Source: Octopus vulgaris (lineage: Eukaryota). From it: 64,000 nucleotides of DNA. Positions 53,151-64,000 of this stretch are shown piece by piece. The notes under the pieces were generated by a model, which saw nothing but the letters and a program-made list of their open reading frames with translations, searched no databases and was not told where the DNA came from. The translations under genes were made by a program, and so were the position numbers. Every line of letters begins with the position of its first letter. Position 1 is the first letter of the stretch. The stretch is from positions 43,648,001-43,712,000 of the forward strand of contig OX597820.1 of assembly GCA_951406725.2 (NCBI GenBank). The letters are read 5' to 3'.

Positions 53151-54922
53151 TCAGTAGTAGTACCATTAGTACAGCAGGTAGTAGTAGTATGTTTGTTATT
53201 AATGCTGTGTTCGTTATTATTAATAATCATCATTAACATCGTCTTCATCGTTATTCATATGATTTCAATTGTCAAATCAAGGATATGTTTCAGTACCACG
53301 CCAGGCGCAGTTTCGTCTGATTTTAAAAGTTCAGTGATTTTTGTTCGCTTTTCCTCTGTGTAAAATAAGATACGTATAGTGTCTTATTAGTATCAATATT
53401 GTAAGTTATAGAGAAGTATATCCAAAAGTTAGAAGGTAATCGATCAAAATATTGGGTATTGTTTCATTATGTCGAAATTGAATTTACCTTCCAGTCCTTC
53501 AGGGTCAGAAATATAAAAAGACGTCTAGTACAGGGGTCAAATAAATCGACTGCTCACTTCCTTATGTTTTTGTTTAGTCTTGTGACGATGTTACAAATCA
53601 ATATTACTATTAAAGCTAAGGGGGCAATGGATACTAAATCGATAGAACTCCACACAAAAAAGAACTTGATATATTTGGTTACATAGTTTGTATTAAGAGA
53701 GTTCATCCCCTGCCAGGGCTGACTCTGTCTTTCATACCATCAGGATCGATAACGTAAGAATTAGCATTATACTTGGTGCTTACTGACTCTGCCAACGACC
53801 TCTCCTATAATACTTGACCTTGTGTCAGAAAATGAAATCAATATCGTTGTTGTTGATGAGTGTTTATAAAAGTTCTCACATAATTTATGCAAATATCTCA
53901 ATTTATACCAGTGGCAGTGTTAGATGTACTCTTAGTACTTGAAGAAATAATCGTAATAGTATTAGTATCGTATTTACTGTACCTTTGTTTAATGAACGTA
54001 ATAGATATAATTATTGCTTTCCCAAGATCAAAAGCTCTTTTGCTTTTTTTTTTTTTTTGCTTTTCGGCAAAACAAGAACAAACACTAAATTTGAAAGAAC
54101 CTAAAATATTCCAAAGTCACATTTTTATACACAGATGAAATGAAACTCTGGTTTACAGGAATGCAATAATTGGTTGTGAGATACATTGGATATTGAAAGA
54201 TGAGAATAAAATTTAGAAAACATCACAGACATTAGCCATGCTCTTAACTCCGGACTTGAGGGAGTTAAACACAAGACAAATAAATAATCACATATAAAGA
54301 AGAATGGTTCTTTTCCAATTATAGGAAAAAAAAACATGAAGTAAACCATAGCAGCATTAAAATCATGGTTAGGACCATTGAGAGACAAAGTGAAAACATT
54401 GAAATTAAACGTAAATTTACCTGACCTTAGCGAGTTTATTCTTAACGGACCTTTCAAAATGAATTATCTACCGTTATTTTTTCTACGACGGAATTAATAT
54501 AAGTAAGTTACACAGAACGTACTTGGCATTTTTTATAAAGACGTAATGATCAACACAAAAGATCGTTCTGTCATTTCCTCTTGTAATAAAAGGCCACGAA
54601 ACTTTTGAAGCGTATTTGCATATCAGGGAGTAAAAAAGAGACAACTGTAAAATGATGGTTAGGTTTTATAAAGGAAAGGGATTTAAGAACATTGCAACAT
54701 GTTGCCGAGAAACCTCACATCACGACCACCTACACCAATATTCGAAATGTAGAGAAAAATAATTTCGTTACAGGATCACCGGGAGCATGAAATATGTCAA
54801 TTCATTCTTTTTTCAAGTCTCTGGGATAATACGGTTTTCATTTATATGTACTGGTGAGGATTTATTTATATGTACCGGAGTTACGTATCTATATACAGAT
54901 GTTCGTGTACAAATACATATCT

Positions 54923-55325
54923 CTCTTTTACTCTTTTACTTGTTTCAGTCATTTGACTGCGGCCATACTGGAGCACCGCCTTTGGTCGAGCAAATCGACC
55001 CCGGGACTTATTCTTTGTAAGCCCAGTACTTATTCTATCGGTCTCTTTTGCCGAACCGCTAAGTGACGGGGACGTAAACACACCAGCATCGGTTGTCAAG
55101 CAATGCTTGGGGGACAAACACAGACACACAAACACACACATATATATATATATACATATATACGACAGGCTTCTTTCAGTTTCCGTCTGCCAAATCCACT
55201 CACAAGGCATTGGTCGGCCCGGGGCTATATCAGAAGACACTTGCCCAAGATGCCACGCAGTGGGACTGAACCCGCAACCATGTGGTTGGTTAGCAAGCTA
55301 CTTACCACACAGCCACTCCTGCGCC
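54923..55325 (-). mobile_element. SINE family A, full length, well preserved
   Basis: Reverse strand ggcgcaggagtggctgtgtggtaag (A box), gggttcagtcc (B box), ttgggcaagtgtctt (CORE-like), tail cagtcaaatgactgaaacaagtaaaagag. Confidence 0.95.
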
Positions 55326-55365
55326 AATATGTATATTATATATGCATATTATATTTATTATTCAT

Positions 55366-55750
55366 AGCCGCAGGCGTGATTGTGTGGTAAGAAGCTGGCT
55401 TCCGAACCACATGATTCCGGGTTCAGTCCCACTGTGTAGCACCTTGGGCAAGTGTCTTCTACTACATCTTCGGACCAACCAAAGCCTTGTGATTGGATTT
55501 GGAAGGCGGAAACTAAAAGGAACCCGTCGTATATATATAAAGGTGTATATGTTTATATCTCTTGTTTGACCCTCACTGTCACTTGACGACCGATGTTGGG
55601 GTGATTACGTCACCGTAACTTAGCGCAAAAGTGACCGATAGAATAAGTACTAGGCGTACAAAGTATGAGCCCTGGGGTCGATTTGTTCGACTAAACGGCG
55701 GTGCTCCAGCATGGCCGCAATCAAATGACTGTAACAAGCAAAAAGAAAAA
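55366..55750 (+). mobile_element. SINE family A, full length, head-to-head with the previous copy
   Basis: agccgcaggcgtgattgtgtggtaag...ggcggtgctccagcatggccgcaatcaaatgactg. Confidence 0.93.
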
Positions 55751-55894
55751 ATGTATGTATATATATATATGTGGGTACACATATATACATATATACATAT
55801 ATATATAAATATATATACATATATGCGCGCGTATGATGTATGTATGTATATATGTATGTATGTGTACACACATATATATATATGTATACATACA

Positions 55895-55988
55895 TTTTTC
55901 TCTTTTAGTATATTTTGCTTGCTACAGTCATTTGAGCACCGCCGTTTAGTCGAACAAATCGACCCCAGGGCTCATTATTTGTACGCCT
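55895..55988 (-). mobile_element. SINE family A 3' fragment
   Basis: cagtcatttgagcaccgccgtttagtcgaacaaatcgaccccagggctcat is the reverse complement of 55665-55730. Confidence 0.85.
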
Positions 55989-56007
55989 ATATATATATTT
56001 ATATATA

Positions 56008-56078
<71 letters not shown>

Positions 56079-56136
56079 ATACAGAGACATGTGTACGTGT
56101 ATGTGCATATATGTATCTATATATAAGTACATATAT

Positions 56137-56803
56137 TTAGGTTAGTTAAAATATGTTTGACACTTCAAATGCTAAAAGGCAAATCTAATGAAGCTAACGG
56201 GAAAATATCTCTCTTATGGTAAAAGGTGTGAAAACAACCGATTTGTTCAGTGTCACCATCTATCAGGAATCCCAGACATCGATCCTTCAAGTTTATTGTA
56301 CCTAAGAGAGATAACTCTTACACACATTTTACCATAGGAAAGATATTTTCTCCCCGGCAATTGCAATGTATTTTTTTTTAATAGTTGAAATATGTCACAA
56401 GATATTTTAACTAACCTAAATTTCGCTTATGCCTAAACTCTGTTTGTCACTAACATTTCATTATTTTCCTCGATCGGACGATATACCAGCACAAATCAGT
56501 CGACGTTGTTGACTGAATTATACTTCTAAGTTTCTTCAGAAATCTCTTGTTTTCTAAGTTTGTCTCTCTTAGTGATATCCCCTTGGCAAGATTCAATAAA
56601 CTCGAAACATCGATGTCTGGGATTCCTGATAGATGTTAACGCTGAACAAACCGGGTGTTTTCACACATTTTACCATAAGAGAAATATCTTCTCCACGGTA
56701 ACTGCAGTGTATTTGTTTTTAGCAGTTGAAATATGTCACAAACATATTCTTACTAATCTAAATTTTGCTTATGCCTGAACACTGCTTTGCGCTAACATTT
56801 CAT
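56137..56803 (+). mobile_element. Non-coding element with inverted + direct terminal repeats and 13-bp TSD (Penelope pseudo-LTR-like)
   Basis: TSD taagtacatatat (56124-56136 / 56804-56816); 56137-56315 is an inverted copy of ~56560-56763; 56320-56462 is a direct copy of ~56662-56803. Confidence 0.75.
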
Positions 56804-57412
56804 TAAGTACATATATATTTACATTAAATATATATATATATGTGTGTGTGTGCATGCATGTATGTATGTGTGACTATGTACGTATGTATGCATGCATAGA
56901 AATATGTGTTGGTTATACGAACTCTAAGAGCTGAATTGTGGTTGTAAACATGATACTCCGGTGATCTGATGAGCTTGTTTTCTTTTTCTGAATTAATTCT
57001 TGAATATACAAGTTCATTGTATAATGCTGAACATACCTATGAATGCAAACTTATACGCTTCATTTTTTCCATACTGAAATTGGTAAACCATGGAGAGGTT
57101 GGACAATGACCGTAATTCTAAGACGGTCATGTGGTTAAATAGATATATTTTCAACTCCCATTTCTTTTAACATTATTGTTTTATATGCTTATCGTGAAAT
57201 AATTTCAGCTATACGATCTTCTGCATTTTCGCTTACAAGGAAACTATACATTACGCTTGTTTTTAAGTAAGTGGGCTGATAGCCAACTCCGTAAGGGGAG
57301 CTTTCTGTAATAGCTGCGCGATTCTTTGAATCTGCATTTTATATATACGTGTGTGTGTGTGTTTATATATATTTGTATCTATACATACATATATTGTAAT
57401 TAAATTTATGTA

Positions 57413-58304
57413 CGTTGTCTCATCAATAAGTTTCCGAACTGTTGCCATAGTAACTAACTTAAAGTGCATAAAGTGAAGCGGCTCGGCACAGACCGAACTT
57501 GAAATCTGCTGTGCACGGGCACTAAGTTTTAACATGCTAGTTCACTCCTGCTGTTTACAGCAGTGCTTCGAAGGAACGTTTGTAGCGTGTGATCGTCGCA
57601 TTGACCATAACAGAGAAAGTTGAACAGATAATCAGCATCAAATTTAGCCAAAAGTTTGACGATACTTGCTCAGAGGCCTACACAAAGTTTTCAAAAAGGT
57701 TTCATCGCTCTAGTCACAATAAAGGAGCTCTTGTGCAACTGAAACACGAGTGTATTTTTAGTCAGCTGAAAGCAGTTTTCGCACAAGCTTGGTAGGCACG
57801 CGTCTCATACCCAAATCTTCACTGATTATGGACCGAAGTGTAACAAATCTGCACATCTTCTGATAACTTACGGGTGGTGATTCGACGATTTCCCTTCAGA
57901 GCAGCACGCATATCTGCAACGTTTTTCTCAGTTCTGCTGGTTGTGGGTCTCCTGGAACGTTCGTCACTATCGACATTTTTTTTTTGCCATCTTGGAAACG
58001 TTCCAACTACTCGTGCATTTGTATGCAGCTCATATACTCCTCGCCATAAATTTTCTGCAATTTTGCGAAGGCCTTTGAGCGGGTGTCGCTATGACAACTT
58101 CCTCCTTCATGGTCAATGTGATGATGACATTCTATATACACTAATCACAAGCATTGCTGTAAACAGTGGAAGTGAGCTAGAACGTAAAAACTCTGTGCGC
58201 ATACACAGCAGAGTTCAAGGTTAATCTTTGCCAAGCAGCTTTAAGCTGCATGCTTTAGCTTCGTTACTATAGCAACAGTCCGAATATTTATTGAGTAGAT
58301 CTCG
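57413..58304. mobile_element. Mariner-derived fold-back element made of two inverted 5' ends
   Basis: TA-flanked; cgttgtctcatcaataagtttccgaactgttgccatagtaac pairs with gttactatagcaacagtccgaatatttattgagtagatctcg; left arm encodes ITEKVEQIISIKFSQKFDDTCSEAY; right arm matches 49050-49585. Confidence 0.85.
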
Positions 58305-58350
58305 TATATATAAATATTCATACATACACGCGCGCGCGTACACATACATG

Positions 58351-58414
<64 letters not shown>

Positions 58415-58489
58415 CATTTATGCACATTTATGTACATTGATATATAAACGCAAACAGGAACACGGCGACAGATATACGCAGGCATGCCC

Positions 58490-58965
58490 TGATGCAGTAT
58501 CAAGCAGTGGCTCTCATGGCTTCTGATCTTAAATAATCAGAAATGTTATCATGTACGTTGTTTTGTCTTGGTATCAAAGATGGGCTGCAGCTCAATACTA
58601 CATATTTGCTTGTCAGTTGTTTGACCTTAACCAGTTGAGCATGTCCTTTGGTGGCTGACGATATGTGCATCTCTGATCACGTGCAGAAGTAGTGGGGGAG
58701 CACCATGGACATGTGCTGAGAAGAATTCTTTGGAAATTCATTCAACATACTTAAACGACCTTATTCAAGGGCCGTTTGAGTGGGATGGGCTGCTCGACCT
58801 GAAGAAAACTACACCTGTAAGGTCATGCGCTGTTTATCATATGAGATCACCATGTCATGCACATATGGTTGTGATGCATGTTCACGGTGTATCCTTATCA
58901 GACGCTTCGTCATGATGGGCATATTTGGCTTCGTATATTTTACCCCAGTGTCAATTTGATGGCAC
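58490..58965. repeat. Dispersed repeat family D, copy 3 (inverted, longest)
   Basis: gcagtatcaagcagtggctctcatggcttctgatcttaa... is the reverse complement of the 1-297 region. Confidence 0.75.
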
Positions 58966-58987
58966 ATACATACATACGAATACATTT

Positions 58988-59061
<74 letters not shown>

Positions 59062-59205
59062 CAGATAGATAAATCCGTGTACACTTGCGTATACATGTAT
59101 ATTTATGTATGTAGAAGTGGGAAGTAGTAAATAAATTTATATATACACCTACCTATACATTTCGTATACACAGTTCTTATATGTCTTTCAGTCTACATAT
59201 ACACA

Positions 59206-59257
<52 letters not shown>

Positions 59258-60352
59258 CATATACGTTTGTGCGCATACGTATTGCGTGTATTAACCTACG
59301 TACATCAATGTATGCCATTGTGTGTGCGAGTGTGTATGCCTGTGTAGTATTTGTATATGTATGTTCTGGGGCTTATGTCTATGTCCCTTTCTCCGTGTTC
59401 GTCCCAGCCCTGTAATGATTGATCGAATACTTAAGCGAAACATATTGCAAACAATTACATTTATAATTGAACAAGACATAATCAAATATATTTTCGTAAT
59501 ATTTCTTTTCACAGTTCTCATCGCAAACCACCAAATGCGTGAATTGTGTTTGCCATTTGACCATACTTCTCAAGATTATGTCCACTGATATTTAGATGTA
59601 TGCAAATGGTCTGAAATAGTGTGAGCCGTTTACAAACTTGCGAACATTAGTACTGTAACAATACTTATTACGATATTACACTATTTATGACAGTTGATAT
59701 AGCTTTCCAGTATTCGTTTCTGTCGGTCAGCTGAGACGGTTCACACCTTTCTGTTACTAAAATTTGTTTGTCCGATTCTACGGTAAATACAGAACTTGTT
59801 TTATCGTACGAATCTTTATCACGCTAATGAAAGTTGGAGTAAAATATCCAGTTTCTGATACCGGTATTTGGATACAGAGAATGAAAAGTCTTAGCCTTCA
59901 GTGACACGACAGAGTAACAATTAAAACAAATACGTTCTTTTACTTCTATTTGATTACTACTCGGTTTCAGAAAAATGACGACCCTTTCAGAGTATCGAAA
60001 TCGCAGTCTGATTTCGAATGCGCTGAAGGTATTTTGATTCCATTAAGAAGCTAGTGTCATTAGCGTAAAAATCGTGTGTACGTACAATTTGCTTATTTAA
60101 CGGATATACGTTATCTTGTGCTACCTTAAAACATACTAATATCTGATTTAATATTTAGGCTCTTGAATTGATGCCTACTTAAAATGTGTAAAGCATTCTC
60201 TTACCTCTTACTTCATACTTCGGCAAGACATAACCTTCATTTTACACCAAGTAAAAGCTACATTTTAAGTATTTTTTGCCGAGCCGCTAGGTGACGGGGA
60301 CGTAAACACACCAACATCGGTCATCAAGCGATGGTAGGGGCACTGACATACA

Positions 60353-60490
<138 letters not shown>

Positions 60491-60495
60491 TATAC

Positions 60496-60527
<32 letters not shown>

Positions 60528-60800
60528 CTGGTACTTAATTTATCGACCCCGAAAGGTTGAAAGGCTTTCTTCCCCCTTTTATTTAACACATAACTTTGTA
60601 AATGAACAACCTGGTGTGTTTATTTTAATGGCCTATCATTGTATACATTACCTTTCGCTGCCCTAGGTGACAGGAAGACACTCGGCAAGAAATGGAAACA
60701 GAATTGAAAGAAGATGATAATGAAAATAATACTAATGATAATAATAATATTGATGATAATAACAATAATAATAATAATAATTATGTGTTTTTTATAATAA

Positions 60801-61374
60801 TGACAGAGTTGGAACCTACATACACTGGAAACTATGCCAACATTATGGAATAACAACTGAAAAAAATGGTATAGGCACACTCCAGAAAAGGTCACAGAAA
60901 ACGAGAAAGCAACCATACTCTGGGATATGCCGATACACACAGATAGAGAAATTAAGGCCAACAGACCAGATATAGTTGTCAGAGATCATGAAGAAAAAAA
61001 GTGCTTTCTAATTGATGTATCAATACTGGCAGATGACAACGTTACTCTAAAAGAAATGGAGAAACTTTCCAAATACAAAGACCTGGAAATAGAGGTAACC
61101 AGAATGTGGAATCTAAAAACAGAAACAATTCCTATCATAGTAGGTGCATTAGGCATGATAAAAAAATATTCACACAAATACATAACAAAAACACCAGGAC
61201 TTACAAACACATATAACATACAGAAAATTGCACTACTAGGTACTGCACACATCCTACGCAGAACACTTTCCATACAATAACCATCAGAGCATCACAACAA
61301 ATCACAGCACATACCTAAGGCACACAGACCTGCCCTCGGTAGTGAAGTGAAAGCACGCTATAAAAATAAAACTA

Positions 61375-61380
<6 letters not shown>
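60801..61380 (+). mobile_element. R4/Dong-like retrotransposon 3' end with uninterrupted RLE frame, between (TAA)n tracts
   Basis: DRVGTYIHWKLCQHYG...WYRHTPEKVTENEKATILWDMPIHTDREIKANRPDIVV...FLIDVSI...KEMEKLSKYKDL (PD..D..K RLE motif); (TAA)n at ~60715-60800 and 61378-61467. Confidence 0.95.
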
Positions 61381-61467
<87 letters not shown>

Positions 61468-61468
<1 letters not shown>

Positions 61469-61672
61469 GTTTTAAATTTTGGCAAATGGTCAGCATGTTT
61501 GTGGGGAGATAGCGAGTCGATAACATCGATCCCAGTGCTCAACTAATTCTTATTTTATCGGACCTGCAAGAATAAAAGTTCACGTTGGCGAAATTTGAAC
61601 TCAGAATGTAAAGACGGACAAAATGCCGCTAAACATTTTTTACGGCGTACTGACTATTCTGCCACCTCGCCA
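61468..61672 (-). mobile_element. SINE family B, diverged monomer
   Basis: ggcgaaatttgaactcagaatgtaaagacggacaaaatgccgctaa...ttctgccacctcgcc. Confidence 0.8.
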
Positions 61673-61800
61673 ATAATAATATAATATGCAAAAAGCTGGT
61701 ATGAACATCAAGCGAGACCAGTAGTTGAAAGTAATGACATTACCGTCCTAGATTTTGCAGTATATAAAGCTAATGAACCCGGATAATATACTCAATGACA

Positions 61801-62190
61801 AAGGCGGCGATGTGGCAGAAACGTTAGCACGCAGGGCAAAATGCTTAGCGGTATTTTGTCTGAGTTCAAATTCCGCCGAGATTGACTTTGCCTTTCATCC
61901 TTTCGGGGTCGATAAATTAAGTACCAGTTACGCACAGGGGTCGATGTAATCGACTTAATACCTATGTCTGTCCTTGTTTGTCCCCTCTGTGTTTAGCCCC
62001 TTGTGGGTAATAAAGAAATTGGTATTTTGTCTGTCTTTACGTTCTGAGTTCAAATTCCGCCGAGATTGACTTTGCCTTTCAACCTTTCGGGGTCGATAAA
62101 TTAAGTACCAGTTGTGTACTGTGGTCGATCTAATCGACTGGCCCCCTCCCCAAAAATTTCTGGCTTTGTGCTTTGAGTAGAAAAGAATAT
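61801..62190 (+). mobile_element. SINE family B, dimeric copy (head-unit-unit-tail)
   Basis: aggcggcgatgtggcagaaacgttagcacg; tgagttcaaattccgccgagattgactttgcc at 61861 and 62045 (period 184). Confidence 0.92.
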
Positions 62191-63469
62191 TCTTAAAGAC
62201 AACAAAAACAAGATCTCCCTATGACAATACTATATGACAATACTAGATGACATCAAATGTACTTGCCGAGGAATATGATAGACTTGTCAAGTCAATTTTA
62301 AATTAGCAGGATGAGGTACCTGAAGACAATGTACTGTGAGTTTTAAAAAGACTAACAAAAAGCCTCTCATCCAGGTCATCAGATTCGTTGCTACTGTTTT
62401 TCAGCACTCTAAATAGTAGCGACTATTTTCGATAGACAAATTAAATTTACGAATGCGTAAAGTTATTTTAAATTTTCTAAAGTACCCTTGTAAAACACAC
62501 TAGTCTCTGCGTTGTCAATATGTATAAACGCTTGCTGTTTTCTTAATGTTTTGGTTCGAAAGTTATACATTCGAAATGCTTTTCAACAAACAATTTAGAC
62601 ATTACTAACATGTGCCGCACAATAACACCTTGCCTGTCTCGCAATGAACTATAAATTGCATTACTCCATTCTTTTGTTTGTTAATGTCGTAAAAATTGCA
62701 TGACCTATCTCCGTCGAATGATATTAGTACAAAATATCAGATTATTCTAAATCTTATTGGTAACTACTAAATCTCTTGACTTGCAAGAATTCTGCTCTTT
62801 TAGTGGGTGAAAGTAACTTGTGCTATTGAGCATCTTTGGATCTCATCTGTTGACTATACACTTGTGCTATTTTGAGATTCTATATATGAAATCAGTTTTT
62901 TCTCTAGCCTGTTAACTTTAGACTTTCGGTCCGATAGAAATGCAAAAATACAAAATTTACCCTTGTTTTGTCGTTTTATGCAAAGTACAGTTAGTATTAA
63001 TTCTTCGTAATATATCAGAGATACAATATTTTAAAGGGTAAAATACAATATAATTTGTATTTGTTCCTTTACATCTCAGCTCAGTTGCTACATTGGGGTA
63101 AAATAAAATGAGACTATAATGTACCACAGGCAGCTAACTACACCCCCATAAAGCATACTGCATAGTATAGTGCAGGTTAACTTCAGATAACGGAGATTAT
63201 ATTAGGCATGTTTTCGTGATGGTAAAAGTATCGAGTGACAACATAGCCGATGAATTTTGAAAGGTTACAGGGGAGAGAAAAAACATATGATATATATCTT
63301 ACTTCAACCGTTTTCCATGGCATGTTCTTTGTATAATACCAACTTAGATGACTGCAGTACGTGTTTCCATATGTATTTTATGATTAGCCAGTTATATCTT
63401 CACACATTCAGATCCAACGTAAATAAATTTAATACTATATCTCCAGGTTGCCTCTAATAGTTACGTTTC

Positions 63470-63682
63470 AAATTTGGTATCAAATTTTAGCAAGAGGCCA
63501 GCAGTTTCGAGGGAGAGACTAGTCGATTACATCAACCCCAGTAATCAGCTGGTACTTATCGACTCCGAAAAAGTAGAAGGCAAAGTCGACATCGTCGGAA
63601 TTTAAACTCAGCGTAAAGAAGAACGAAATGCCGTTAAGTATATTGCCCAGCATGCTAACGATTCTGCCAGCTCGCCGCCTTG
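63470..63682 (-). mobile_element. SINE family B monomer
   Basis: agtcgattacatcaaccccag...aaggcaaagtcgac...ctaacgattctgccagctcgccgcctt. Confidence 0.85.
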
Positions 63683-64000
63683 CAACGATGAATCTAATAC
63701 TATTTGTTCTGTGGAAGGGAGCAAAGCAAGAAAAGGTCGGTTATCTTTTGTTATGTTCAGTGCTTACTAACAACTTCTGATAGATTTCCCTCACAGAGCC
63801 TATTTCATACTTTTTAAATTAAATTGAGCGTTCAAGACAAATTTTAACCATCTCATTCTATCTGCCGAACTTATGTCGTAAATATCTGAGGCGAGAGACC
63901 AATGGCAAAAATGAATGAGATTTGTTGTGCCAGAGAACTGGAGAAAACTGACAAGCCATCTTGAAGGTTTTTCATCTTTTGTATTTTTGTTATTTCAGGA

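Overview
AT-rich, microsatellite-dense animal genomic DNA, very probably an octopus (coleoid cephalopod). The organism call is an inference from the SINE families, an octopus-style C2H2 zinc-finger relic and the repeat landscape. I find no intact protein-coding gene; nearly all listed ORFs are artefacts of simple repeats or decayed transposons. The window is largely decayed mobile elements: at least three tRNA-derived SINE families (one oligomeric), R4/Dong-like RLE retrotransposon ends beside (TAA)n, a CR1-like LINE 3' end, RTE fragments, Penelope GIY-YIG fragments, two Helitron candidates, hAT and mariner relics with derived MITEs, a C2H2-ZNF pseudogene and a 32-nt U6 snRNA fragment. The most interesting signals are: (i) dispersed type I hammerhead-ribozyme-like motifs, one with an intact catalytic core and several inside fold-back elements; (ii) a shared 3' stem-loop linking the dominant SINE to the CR1-like LINE; (iii) a Helitron-bounded block containing a hAT transposase; (iv) closely spaced inverted SINE pairs. 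No prokaryotic-type system (CRISPR, operon) is present. Translations and alignments were done by eye, and boundaries are approximate unless a TSD or TIR is quoted.
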